A stretch of 64,000 nucleotides of DNA from a bacterium. Lineage in GTDB: Bacteria; Gemmatimonadota; Gemmatimonadetes; Gemmatimonadales; Gemmatimonadaceae. The notes beneath the pieces were generated by a model. It did no database searches. It was not told where the DNA came from and was given only the letters and a program-made list of their open reading frames with translations. Location of the stretch: NCBI GenBank assembly GCA_040003455.1, contig JBDUCM010000009.1:939-64938 (forward strand), given 5' to 3'. Shown piece after piece: positions 55,223-64,000 of the stretch. Made by a program: the position numbers and the translations under genes. Positions within the stretch are counted from its first letter, which is position 1; every line of letters begins with the position of its first letter.

Positions 55223-56026
55223 CTAGTGAAGCGTGCCGGTGCGAACTCGCAGGACTGCGCCTCCGTTACCGGAAACGCGCTCCTGCCAGGCCACCATCAC
55301 GCGGTGGCCCTGCACGGCCACGAGTGGACGCATCGCCGCACCATTGTCATCGGAAACCGGCAGCAGACGGTCCTCGAAAATGTGTCCCATTGTACGAGAG
55401 ATCGCGAGTCCAACTCTCGGAAGGGAACTGTTGGGATCCTCGAAGGCAACAACCACGTAGTCACCTGATGATGCAACGCTCGTCCGGCCCAGGTGCTCTC
55501 CATAAAGTATCGGCACAGGCGAGTGAAATGTGGCACCGCCGTCCATGGAGTGCGAAAAGAAGAGTCCCGGCCCTTCGGGGGCGATCATGCCGTACGTCAC
55601 GTGCACGTAGCCTGTAGTCGAATCGGCGGAGACGGACGGCGGTTCCCGCGTGCAGCCTGTCGCGCCACGATCCGTTGAATCCACCGGCGTCACCGCACTC
55701 CACGTGGCGCCGTCGTCTGTTGACCTCGCGGCGAGCAACCGCGCCACACTATCGGGCCGCGGAGACCACCACACCCCATACAACACCCGCCCCGCGCGCG
55801 CGAGACGAAGTGACCCGGCACACACGTTGCCCGGCGGAACGAGACCGCTTGCCAGTTGGCCGAGTGAGTCCTGCGCCACCGAGCCATCGGCCGCCAGCGC
55901 AGGCACCGCCGCCGGCACGGGCAGCCTTCGATCGCCCGTCCACTGCACGGGCGGAGCTGAGCAGGCAAGAATGAACACAGCGGCCACCGAACCGAACCGC
56001 ATCCTCGAACAAGACCGCAGGACCAT
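55223..56026 (-). CDS. BNR/Asp-box repeat lipoprotein (sialidase-fold-like)
   Basis: Lipobox FILAC. Asp-boxes are STDDGATW and SMDGGATF. An alternative start lies at 56002. Confidence 0.6.
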   Translation of the reverse strand: MVLRSCSRMRFGSVAAVFILACSAPPVQWTGDRRLPVPAAVPALAADGSVAQDSLGQLASGLVPPGNVCAGSLRLARAGRVLYGVWWSPRPDSVARLLAARSTDDGATWSAVTPVDSTDRGATGCTREPPSVSADSTTGYVHVTYGMIAPEGPGLFFSHSMDGGATFHSPVPILYGEHLGRTSVASSGDYVVVAFEDPNSSLPRVGLAISRTMGHIFEDRLLPVSDDNGAAMRPLVAVQGHRVMVAWQERVSGNGGAVLRVRTGTLH

Positions 56027-56138
56027 GCATCACAATAGCCGCGGGTTCGGGGCCGGAGAAGCGATAGCGCATGGACGATGCCGTGGGGATTATCTTTCGG
56101 GCCGCGTTCCACCGCCCGTCACCTCATCCCGATTCGTC

Positions 56139-57806
56139 ATGGCCGCCTCGCACGACTCCGACGTCACCGCGCCGCTCGCAGCTTTCTCCGGCACCCGCCG
56201 CGTGCCCGCCCCGGTGAACGAGCCGGTCAAGAGCTACGCACCCGGCTCGCCCGAGAAACTCGCCCTCAAGGAGCGACTCTCGAGCATGGCCGCCGAACGC
56301 GTGGACATCCCGAACATCATCGGGGGCAAGGACGTACGCACCGGCGACCTGGCCCAGAGCGTGATGCCGCACGATCACCAACACGTGCTGGCGGACTGGC
56401 ACAAGGCCACACCGGCCCACGTGGAACAGGCCATTGCGGCCGCCAATCGCGCGTCGAAAGACTGGGCGAACTGGGCGTGGGAAGATCGTGCCGCCGTATT
56501 CCTCCGTGCCGCCGAACTACTCACCACTACGTGGCGGCAAACCATCAACGCCTCCACCATGCTCGGGCAATCGAAGACGGCGTTCCAGGCCGAAATTGAT
56601 TCCGCCTGTGAGCTGATCGACTTCTGGCGCTTCAACCCGGCCTACGCACAGGAGCTGCACGCCGAACAGCCCCTGAGCAACAATGCGATGTGGAACCAGC
56701 TGGACTATCGCCCGCTGGAAGGGTTCGTCTACGCCGTCACGCCATTCAATTTCACCTCCATCGCCGGCAATCTTCCCACCGCGCCAGCACTGATGGGCAA
56801 CACCGTCGTCTGGAAGCCGGCAGGCACCGCGATGCTCTCGGCCTACTACCTGATGCGGTTGCTCGAGGCCGCCGGCCTTCCTCCCGGTGTCATCAACCTC
56901 GTGTCGGGCGACGCGGTGGCAATCTCGAACGTTGCACTCGCCCATCGCGACCTGGCCGGTGTGCACTTCACCGGCAGCACCGGCGTGTTCAACTCCATGT
57001 GGCAAACCATCGGCGCCGACATGTCGCGTTACCGCAGCTACCCGCGCATCGTGGGCGAAACCGGCGGAAAGGACTTCATCGTTGCGCATCCGTCGGCCGA
57101 CCCGCAGGCCCTCGCGGTCGCGATTGCGCGCGGCGGCTACGAGTACCAGGGCCAGAAGTGTTCGGCAGCCAGCCGCGTGTACGTGCCACGCTCGCTGTGG
57201 AAAGAGGTGAAGGAGCGCACGGTTGCCATCATCGACGAATTGAAGGTTGGCGATATCACGGATTTCCGGAACTTCATGGGCGCCGTGATCGACAAGAAGG
57301 CCTTCACGAAGATCTCGGAATACATCGACCACGCGAAGAAGAATGCCACCGTGGTGGCCGGCGGAATCGTGGATGGGTCGTCGGGCTACTTTGTGCACCC
57401 CACGCTGATCGAGACGCAGGATCCCGGCTACCGGCTGCTGTGCGAGGAGATCTTCGGACCCGTGGTGACGGTCTACGTCTACGACGATGCGAAGTGGGCG
57501 GAGACGCTGCACATCATCGACACCACGTCGCCGTACGCGCTGACAGGCGCGGTCTTCGCCAACGACCGCGCTGCGGTGCGCGAGGCGATGCTCGCACTCC
57601 GGAATGCGGCGGGCAATTTCTACGTGAATGACAAGCCAACCGGCGCCGTGGTAGGCCAGCAGCCATTTGGCGGAGCGCGCGCGTCGGGAACGAACGACAA
57701 GGCAGGTTCGAAGCTCAACCTGGTGCGCTGGGTGAGCGCACGCAGCGTCAAGGAGACGTTCTCACCGCCTACCGACTTCCGCTATCCGTTCATGGCGGAG
57801 AAGTAA
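56139..57806 (+). CDS. pruA: L-glutamate gamma-semialdehyde (1-pyrroline-5-carboxylate) dehydrogenase
   Basis: ATG at 56139. Aldehyde dehydrogenase motifs are VGETGGKDF and GQKCSAASR (catalytic Cys). The N-terminal part PVNEPV.SYAPGSPE...L...L and the C-terminal part NDKPTGAVVGQQPFGGARASGTNDKAGS are typical of the ALDH4-type P5CDH. Confidence 0.85.
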   Translation: MAASHDSDVTAPLAAFSGTRRVPAPVNEPVKSYAPGSPEKLALKERLSSMAAERVDIPNIIGGKDVRTGDLAQSVMPHDHQHVLADWHKATPAHVEQAIAAANRASKDWANWAWEDRAAVFLRAAELLTTTWRQTINASTMLGQSKTAFQAEIDSACELIDFWRFNPAYAQELHAEQPLSNNAMWNQLDYRPLEGFVYAVTPFNFTSIAGNLPTAPALMGNTVVWKPAGTAMLSAYYLMRLLEAAGLPPGVINLVSGDAVAISNVALAHRDLAGVHFTGSTGVFNSMWQTIGADMSRYRSYPRIVGETGGKDFIVAHPSADPQALAVAIARGGYEYQGQKCSAASRVYVPRSLWKEVKERTVAIIDELKVGDITDFRNFMGAVIDKKAFTKISEYIDHAKKNATVVAGGIVDGSSGYFVHPTLIETQDPGYRLLCEEIFGPVVTVYVYDDAKWAETLHIIDTTSPYALTGAVFANDRAAVREAMLALRNAAGNFYVNDKPTGAVVGQQPFGGARASGTNDKAGSKLNLVRWVSARSVKETFSPPTDFRYPFMAEK

Positions 57807-57809
57807 TCG

Positions 57810-59220
57810 CTACTTGGTCCAGATGAGGACGACCCCGCAGTTGCGCCGCACCGCGTACTTCACCGGGGTCGTCGAAACGTCGTAGACCTCTATCCCATGC
57901 ACCATCGAGGGATTGAGCAGGTTCAGATCCGTCTGCCCCACCTGGATGCCGTCGATGAAAATGTTCATCTGGCAGCCGGAGCCGAAACCGGTGGCGTGGG
58001 TGGAGACAAGTATCGCGTCGCCACTTGCCGTGCGGGGCAACTGCACCTTCAGCCCGGGCATGTTTCGAAACAGGTCCGTCATCAGGAACGGTCGCTCGCT
58101 GTCGATGCGCGCTTCGGTGATGAACTTTCCCTGCGCGTTCTTCAGGCGGCCATCGAACTCCGGATACGACGATCGCTGCGGACTGTTCACCCGCGCCGCA
58201 GTGACCCGCATGGAGTCGAGGACGGCTGCCGCGCGCTCGAGCCGCACCGTCACCTCCGGAGTGTTCGACCCGACTTCCGCGCGTAGCCGTCGCGGGGAAT
58301 AGCCGAGCGCAATCACTTCCAGCGATAGCGTCCCCGCATTCAGTCCGGCAAGACGGAACGTGCCATCGGCCAACGTGCGCGTTGCGTGCGCCGTGCCAAA
58401 GAGTTGAACGGAAGCGGAACTCACCGGAGCGCCATCGGCGTTGACCACGCGGCCGGCGATGTAGTACCGGCCCACAACACCCGCCGAGTCCTCGGCCGCT
58501 GCGGCCCGCCCCCCGGTACCGGAACTGGCCACGCGATAGTCACGCACCAGTACGCCCACCGGTCCGATCTGTTCTTCAAGTACGCCGGACTGCGCCGACA
58601 CCCCGCTCTGCGCCTGCACCATGAGCGCGCGAGCCACCGGAAGTCCACACGCCCGATACACGCCAAGCGAATCGGCCGCGACGTTGGCCGTCATGGTCTT
58701 GGGCGTGGCCACGGCCGTTGCACGGTCCACGTCGAAATCACTCCAGCTCACCACAACTACCGCATGCGCGACCCCTCGGCCATCCTGGTCACGGACCACG
58801 CCCAATAACACCCCCACCGAACCTATCGCGCGACGCCCATGAACACAGCCCTCGCCGCAACGTGGCTGCCGACGGAATGGCAAGGGCGACCACGCTGGTG
58901 TCACCGCGACTGACCGTGACGCTCACGGTTGGGACGCCGATCGCCGTGGAGTCGATCAGCGGATGCTCGACAGAAAGCGAGTACCTGCCTGCGCGAAGAC
59001 CATTCAGCTCGAAGCGGCCACGACTGTCGGAAATGGCGCTGTGAAAGATCGTGTCCCGCAGCTCGCTGGCCGGCGTGGCCACGATGGTGGCGCCCCGCAA
59101 CGGCCCGCGATGAATGCTGTCGGCAACGACGCCGCGTACCACGCCTTGAGCAGCTCCAGTACCAGCAATGCCGAGAGCCAGGCCCACCGCGCATGCAAGC
59201 CGCAAACGACGAGTTGTCAT
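57810..59220 (-). pseudogene. CarboxypepD_reg-repeat / TonB-plug-like outer-membrane protein, apparently split by a 1-nt frameshift at a homopolymer
   Basis: Two overlapping minus-strand ORFs are involved. The first, 59220..58789, encodes MTTRRLRLACAVGLALGIAGTGAAQG (signal peptide) and one CarboxypepD_reg domain. The second, 58904..57810, encodes further CarboxypepD_reg domains and a Plug-like C-terminus (NIFIDGIQVG...GIEVYD....PVKY.....GVVLIWTK). Removing one G from the G5 run (plus-strand CCCCC at 58811-58815) joins ...RDRFGG to VLLGVVRDQDG in frame, giving about 469 aa. Confidence 0.5.
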
Positions 59221-59352
59221 TTCAGGGGTCGACGTGGGTGGGTCACTAGCAATCGCAATAACCACGCGCCAGCCGTCACTGAAAGTGCGCGCTTCCCCGC
59301 ACAATCGCCCTCGCACAGGTGACGAACGAGCCTCAACTCGACATCTTCCAGC

Positions 59353-60267
59353 ATGCCAAGATTTCGCTATCTCACCACCGATGTCTTCACGGATTCCGCA
59401 TTCGGCGGCAACCAACTCGCCGTCTTCCCCGATGCCCGCGGCATCCCGGAACATCGGCTCCTGGACGTCACGCGCGAGTTCAACTACTCCGAGACGACGT
59501 TCGTCTACCCCGCGAAAGATCCCGCGAACACGCGGCACGTACGCATCTTCACCCCCGCCGCCGAGGTGCCGTTCGCGGGCCATCCCACAGTGGGCACCGC
59601 GCACGTCCTGGCATCCATCGGCGACATCGCACTCACCGGCGACACCACCCGCATCGTATTCGAAGAAGGGGTTGGGCCAGTCCCCGTGTCCATTCACTCC
59701 GTGAATGGCACACCCACCTTCTCGCAACTCTCGGTGGCCAAGCTGCCCGAAGTGGGGCCGCCCCCGCCCGATCGCGCCACGCTCGCCACCGTGCTCGGCC
59801 TCGCCAGTGACGATCTCCTCGACGGTGAATGGTCGGCGCAGGCGCTCTCGTGTGGGCTCCCCTTCCTGTTCGTCGCCCTGCGCGACCGCGCGGCCGTGGC
59901 ACGCGCGCGAATCGTCATGGACCCCTGGGAGAAAGCGCTGGCGGGCACCTGGGCCTCCGAGGTCTTCGTGTTTGCACGCGATGGCGAGCGCGCCGGCTCG
60001 GACATTCACGCCCGCATGTTCGCCCCCGGATTGAGCGTGCCCGAAGATCCGGCAACGGGAAGCGCGAACGCGGCGCTTGCCGGTTACCTCGCCGCGCGGA
60101 ATCCCCTGCGCGACGGCATGCTGCACTGGCGCGTGGAGCAAGGATTCGAGATGGGACGCCCGAGTATTCTCGAAGTGGAAGCTGACGTCGTCGCCGGCGC
60201 AGTCACCGGCGTTCGCGTGGGCGGAGCGTCCGTGCTGGTGTGCGAAGGCCGCATGGAGATCAGCTAA
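59353..60267 (+). CDS. PhzF-family isomerase
   Basis: 304 aa. [20 protein letters not shown]......R....[14 protein letters not shown] and later [17 protein letters not shown] are classic PhzF-family motifs. Confidence 0.85.
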   Translation: MPRFRYLTTDVFTDSAFGGNQLAVFPDARGIPEHRLLDVTREFNYSETTFVYPAKDPANTRHVRIFTPAAEVPFAGHPTVGTAHVLASIGDIALTGDTTRIVFEEGVGPVPVSIHSVNGTPTFSQLSVAKLPEVGPPPPDRATLATVLGLASDDLLDGEWSAQALSCGLPFLFVALRDRAAVARARIVMDPWEKALAGTWASEVFVFARDGERAGSDIHARMFAPGLSVPEDPATGSANAALAGYLAARNPLRDGMLHWRVEQGFEMGRPSILEVEADVVAGAVTGVRVGGASVLVCEGRMEIS

Positions 60268-60562
60268 CGATCACCCGCTTGCGTCGCGATACGCGAATGG
60301 CCCCGGCCACCGCGACCCCGATACCCACGCCAATCACGAGCACACCGGCGTAGGCCAGGTACCTCGCGTGATCGGCGGCCGTCAGTTGCGAGATGGTCCG
60401 CGGGCCGGGATGCTGGTACGACAGCTGCGAAATCTCATGCAGCTGTCCACTGGCTACCACGCACGCAACAGCACCAGCAAGGATCAGGAGCAGTGCCGCG
60501 AGATCGACCAACCGGTCCTGGCGCGAAGGGATGGACATGACCCGAATATGCCGGCGGGACAA
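60260..60562 (-). CDS. Small hypothetical 2-TM membrane protein
   Basis: 100 aa ORF with two hydrophobic helices (LVDLAALLLILAGAVACVVA and YAGVLVIGVGIGVAVAGAI). Its 3' end overlaps the phzF-like stop by 8 nt. The coding status is unproven. Confidence 0.4.
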   Translation of the reverse strand: MSRRHIRVMSIPSRQDRLVDLAALLLILAGAVACVVASGQLHEISQLSYQHPGPRTISQLTAADHARYLAYAGVLVIGVGIGVAVAGAIRVSRRKRVIVS

Positions 60563-60645
60563 TCATCTTCCTATGGGTTGCATTCCCATGGGTTGCCCGG
60601 CGCCCGCCGCACCGCGAGCTTGCGACACACCCCCTCGCCTGCCAA

Positions 60646-62259
60646 TTGCCCGTGCAATACCGCATTCTCGTCACTGACGACATCGACGCCGACGGCGTCG
60701 CGCTCCTCACAGCCGAGCCGTCGTTCACGGTGGATGAGCTTCCGACGCTCCCGGTTGCCGACCTCCTCGAGCGCATCGGCCAGTACGATGCCTTCGTCGG
60801 CCGCAGCGCCACGCGCATCACGGAAGAGCTGTTGCAGCGAGCCACGCGGCTGCGGGTGGTGGGCCGAGCCGGCGTGGGGGTGGACAACATCGCCCTCGAT
60901 GCCGCCACGAGACTGGGCGTCGCCGTCATCAATGCGCCGGCCGGAAACACGGTGGCAGTGGCGGAACTCTTCTTTGGCACCCTCATCGGGTTGGTGAGAC
61001 ACCTGCCGCGTGCCGCCACCACCATGCGCGACGGCAAGTGGGAACGCGCCCACCTCCTCGGCACGGAGCTCAAGGGCAAGACGCTGGTGATCGTGGGCGT
61101 GGGCCGCATTGGCGGCGAGATTGCCACGCGGGCGCTCGCGTTCGGCATGGACGTGGCCGGATACGATCCCTACGTGGGCGATGAGCGCTTCCGCGCCTTG
61201 AAGATCAAGCGCCTCGCCACGCTGGACGAAGGACTCGACGCGGCCGATGTCATCACGGTGCATACGCCGCTCACGGAAGAGACCGAAGGCATGATCGGCC
61301 GACGCGAGCTTGCGCGTCTCAAGAGTGGCGCGATTGCCGTCAACATGGCGCGCGGCGGCATCATCGAAGAGACCGCGCTCGTGCACGCGCTCGAGAGCGG
61401 CCAGCTCCGTGGTGCCATCGTGGATGCGTTCACGAAGGAACCGCTCAGCGCGGATCATCCGCTGCGCACGGCCCCCAACAGCCTGCTCACGCCACACATC
61501 GGCGCGTCCAGCGCCGAAGCGCAGCGCAACGTGGCGGTCGATGCCTGCGCTGCCGTGCGCGATGCCCTGCTCCACAACGAACTCTCGCGCTCCATCAACG
61601 TGGCCGGCGCCGGCACCGGCGATTGGCGCGAACTGCAACCGGCGCTGCATGTGGCCCGCCGCGCAGCCGCGGTAGCGCGGGCAATCCTCGCGGATCGTGG
61701 CGTGCGCGCCATCCAGCGACTTTCATTGCGCTGCGGTGCCGAGCTCGCGGGCGCGTCCGACGCATTGCTGGCGTCCGCCGCGGCGGGGGTGCTCGAAGGC
61801 GCAGTTGACCTCGAGCGTTTGAATCTCATCAACGCGCGGTCGCTCGCCGAGGCACGCGGCATCGAGCTGTCGTGCTCCGAGTCCGGCGCGCTTGGCCCGT
61901 ACGGCGTACAGGTGAACCTCAGCGGCGGCATGCAGGAGATGGCGGTCGCCGGTGTCGCGCCCGATGGCTCGGCCGGACGCCTCACCCGCATTGGCGGGTT
62001 CCATGTAGACGTGGCCCCGCGCGATACCCTGGTGATCCTCACCAACCACGACGTGCCCGGCGTAATTGGTCGCGTGGGCACGCTCCTCGGCGACGCCCGC
62101 GTGAATATCGCCGAGTATCATCAGGCACGACTGGCGCAGGGTGGCGAAGCGCTGGCCGCCATCAGCGTGGACGGCACGGTGGGTGCCGGTGTGCGCGAAG
62201 CATTGCTCAAGCTGCCCGACATCACGTCGGCGACGATCGTGCACTTCCGCGGCGCGTAA
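60646..62259 (+). CDS. serA: D-3-phosphoglycerate dehydrogenase, long form with ASB and ACT domains
   Basis: 537 aa. ILVTDDI, the NAD site GKTLVIVGVGRIGGEIA, the catalytic region MARGGIIEE and TPHIGASSAEAQ are present, along with the C-terminal ACT-like part LVILTNHDVPGVIGRVGTLLGDARVNIA. The start is TTG at 60646 or GTG at 60652. Confidence 0.9.
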   Translation: MPVQYRILVTDDIDADGVALLTAEPSFTVDELPTLPVADLLERIGQYDAFVGRSATRITEELLQRATRLRVVGRAGVGVDNIALDAATRLGVAVINAPAGNTVAVAELFFGTLIGLVRHLPRAATTMRDGKWERAHLLGTELKGKTLVIVGVGRIGGEIATRALAFGMDVAGYDPYVGDERFRALKIKRLATLDEGLDAADVITVHTPLTEETEGMIGRRELARLKSGAIAVNMARGGIIEETALVHALESGQLRGAIVDAFTKEPLSADHPLRTAPNSLLTPHIGASSAEAQRNVAVDACAAVRDALLHNELSRSINVAGAGTGDWRELQPALHVARRAAAVARAILADRGVRAIQRLSLRCGAELAGASDALLASAAAGVLEGAVDLERLNLINARSLAEARGIELSCSESGALGPYGVQVNLSGGMQEMAVAGVAPDGSAGRLTRIGGFHVDVAPRDTLVILTNHDVPGVIGRVGTLLGDARVNIAEYHQARLAQGGEALAAISVDGTVGAGVREALLKLPDITSATIVHFRGA

Positions 62260-63641
62260 TGACCCACTCGCTCGCGCCGGATATTTCGCGCGACGCCGAG
62301 GTTCGCCGCGCGTATGCGGCCGATGCCTCGGGGCTGCTGCTCATCCCCGACGGAGTCGTTCGCGCCCAATCCGCCCAGGAAATCGCGGCGCTCCTGATGG
62401 AGGCATCATCGTCGGGAATGGCCGTGACCACAGCGGGTGGACAGACCAGTACCACGGCGGCCTCGATCAGCGATACGGGCATCATCCTGTCGCTCCGCGG
62501 CATGGCGCGCATCATCGAAATCGATACCGATGCGCGAACGGCCCGCGTAGAACCGGGCGTGCTCGTGGGCGACCTCAAGCGCGCGTGTGCCGCACAGAAT
62601 CTCCTGTTCGCCCCTGACCCAACGAGTGAGGACGAGTGCACCATCGGCGGCGCCGTTGCCTGCAACGCCTCCGGCGCGCGCTCACTCCGGTATGGTGCAA
62701 CACGTCCGCATGTCCGCGCCCTCACGGTGGCGCTCGCCGACGGTTCACTGGTGGAGTTGCGTCGGAGCGCCCTGGAGAAGAACACCGTCGGCTATGACTT
62801 CGCACACGACCCGATCGACTGGTTCATCGGCAGCGAGGGAACACTCGGCGTGGTCGTGGAGGCCGAGCTTGCGTTGCTGCCACTGCCAGAACAGGTGGTC
62901 GGTCTTGCCATTCCGTTCGGCAGCGAAGGCAGTGCACTTCAATTCGTGGCGGCCGCGCGCGAGAGCACGCGCGTCCATGCGCGATGCCTCGAGTTCCTTG
63001 ACGTCCTCGCATTGGCCATCGCACGCGACGCTGAAGACGCTGCCGGCTGGGCAATGGACGCGCAGGCGCTGGTGTACGTCGAAGAGGTGCCGCTCGCCGG
63101 TGCCGAGCCGCCATTGGACGAATGGCTTTCGCTCGCGGAGTCGTTCGGCGCGCAGGTAGACGACGTTCGCGTGTACGACAGCGAGGTCGCACTGCGCGAG
63201 GCGCGCCGGATGCGGCACGCCGTGCCGGCACACATGAACGAACGCGGCGGACAGCGGCGGCCATTCGGCGGTAGGAAGGTGTCCACCGATTGGGCAGTGC
63301 CGTACCGCAGCCTGCCGCAGGCCATTCGTCGCGCGCGCGACATCGCCACGGCGGCGGGGGTGGAACAGGCAGTCACCTACGGCCACGCCGGCAACGGACA
63401 TCCGCATCAGAATTTCATCGCGGACGATGCCGAGCAGTTGACGCGCATCGAACGCGTTGTCGAAGCGACCCTGCGCGAGGTCATCGCACTCGGCGGCACC
63501 GTGGCCGCGGAGCATGGCATCGGGAAGCTCAAGCGGAAGTGGCTTCCCCTCCAGATGTCGCCCCTTCAAGTTCGAGCCATGCGTGCGGTGAAGCAGGAAC
63601 TCGATCCGGCCGGAATTCTCGCTCCAGGGAACGTTCTATGA
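62259..63641 (+). CDS. FAD-linked oxidase (GlcD / D-lactate / D-2-hydroxyacid dehydrogenase family)
   Basis: ATG at 62259 overlaps the serA stop (TAATG). The FAD_binding_4 region is PDGVVRAQSAQEIAALL......G.AVT.AGGQTS, and the C-terminal part is GGTVAAEHGIGKLKRKWL...........KQELDPAGILAPGNV. About 460 aa. Confidence 0.85.
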   Translation: MTHSLAPDISRDAEVRRAYAADASGLLLIPDGVVRAQSAQEIAALLMEASSSGMAVTTAGGQTSTTAASISDTGIILSLRGMARIIEIDTDARTARVEPGVLVGDLKRACAAQNLLFAPDPTSEDECTIGGAVACNASGARSLRYGATRPHVRALTVALADGSLVELRRSALEKNTVGYDFAHDPIDWFIGSEGTLGVVVEAELALLPLPEQVVGLAIPFGSEGSALQFVAAARESTRVHARCLEFLDVLALAIARDAEDAAGWAMDAQALVYVEEVPLAGAEPPLDEWLSLAESFGAQVDDVRVYDSEVALREARRMRHAVPAHMNERGGQRRPFGGRKVSTDWAVPYRSLPQAIRRARDIATAAGVEQAVTYGHAGNGHPHQNFIADDAEQLTRIERVVEATLREVIALGGTVAAEHGIGKLKRKWLPLQMSPLQVRAMRAVKQELDPAGILAPGNVL

Positions 63642-64000
63642 ACAGCGCCGGGTTCGAGACCGTCATCCTCGACGTCGATTCGACGCTCTGCGGGATCGAA
63701 GGCATCGACTGGCTCGCTGGGCAACGCGGCGACGCCGTGAGCCTGCGGGTAGCCGACCTCACCGATCGCGCGATGCGCGGCGACATTCCACTCGACGACG
63801 TGTACGGTGAGCGCCTGAAGCTCGTGCGGCCGTCACGTGCCCTCGTCAATGCGCTGTCGAAGGAATACCTCGCGGCCATCGCGCCGCACGCTGCCAGCGC
63901 CGTCCGAGTGCTGCACCAGACCGGACGACGTGTGGTGCTCATGAGCGGCGGCATTCGCGAAGCAATTCTTCTCGTGGCTGCGGTCGTCGGCATTCCGGAG
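63638..64000 (+). CDS. HAD-superfamily phosphatase, phosphoserine-phosphatase-like (N-terminal part; runs off the right edge)
   Basis: ATG at 63638 overlaps the oxidase stop (ATGA). MNSAGFETVILDVDSTLCGIEGIDWLA carries HAD motif I (DxDST), and later VVLMSGG is a motif II-like S/T. The serA context supports a SerB-like role. Confidence 0.6.
   Translation, partial: MNSAGFETVILDVDSTLCGIEGIDWLAGQRGDAVSLRVADLTDRAMRGDIPLDDVYGERLKLVRPSRALVNALSKEYLAAIAPHAASAVRVLHQTGRRVVLMSGGIREAILLVAAVVGIPE

Noticed and set aside
58789-60141. 450-aa minus-strand ORF in the track
   Set aside because: Only its last 143 codons (from the ATG at 59220) look genuine, with a signal peptide plus a CarboxypepD_reg domain. 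The upstream 300 codons are antisense to the well-supported PhzF-family gene and have no coding features.

Overview
GC-rich bacterial chromosomal window with no rRNA, tRNA, CRISPR array, transposase or integrase that I could recognise. All family calls come from reading the translations and motifs by eye, since no database search was possible. About two thirds of the window (roughly 1-43.7 kb) is one large exosortase/PEP-CTERM-type exopolysaccharide (EPS) locus. It contains an exosortase with the ACSG/NxxR/HxxxGW motifs, overlapped by an EpsI-family gene. It also contains five or six glycosyltransferases (GT4-like and one membrane GT2), two nucleotide-sugar 6-dehydrogenases and a TviC/WbpP-type epimerase. 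Two asparagine-synthase-like amidotransferases, a signal-peptide-less heparinase II/III-like protein and a Wzy/O-antigen-ligase-like membrane protein are present. Export and initiation genes are a polyprenyl-phosphate sugar transferase, a fused Wzc-like chain-length/tyrosine-kinase protein and a Wza-like export protein. Two paralogous secreted beta-helix proteins are present, one carrying seven Ig-like repeats, along with an RCC1-repeat lipoprotein next to a SusC-like TonB-dependent receptor. The regulatory module is a pseudo-receiver with a degenerate GGDEF domain, an NtrC-type sigma-54 activator and a soluble histidine kinase. It ends with a 4-TM protein and one clear PEP-CTERM substrate. 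The remaining ~20 kb is housekeeping or sensory. It holds a TonB-C-terminal protein, an MCP with a C-terminal (Asn-Gly)n tract, a hybrid histidine kinase, lepB and a lysine/alanine-rich SWIB-domain protein. It also holds an alpha/beta hydrolase, nfo, a REC-HisKA protein, a BNR protein, pruA, an apparently frameshifted CarboxypepD_reg/Plug gene and phzF. At the right edge is a tightly coupled serA / FAD-oxidase / serB-like cluster. The leads most worth follow-up are listed here. (1) The cytoplasmic heparinase II/III-like protein is translationally coupled to a glycosyltransferase. (2) The paralogous beta-helix pair flanks a GT4 gene. (3) A correctly spaced sigma-54 -24/-12 candidate lies upstream of the exosortase. 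(4) A CGCAACAG / TTGTTGC-GCAACAA element recurs in several intergenic regions of the locus. (5) The serA-oxidase-serB arrangement suggests SerA/D-2-hydroxyglutarate dehydrogenase coupling. Start codons are often uncertain because of the GC-rich sequence and GTG/TTG starts.
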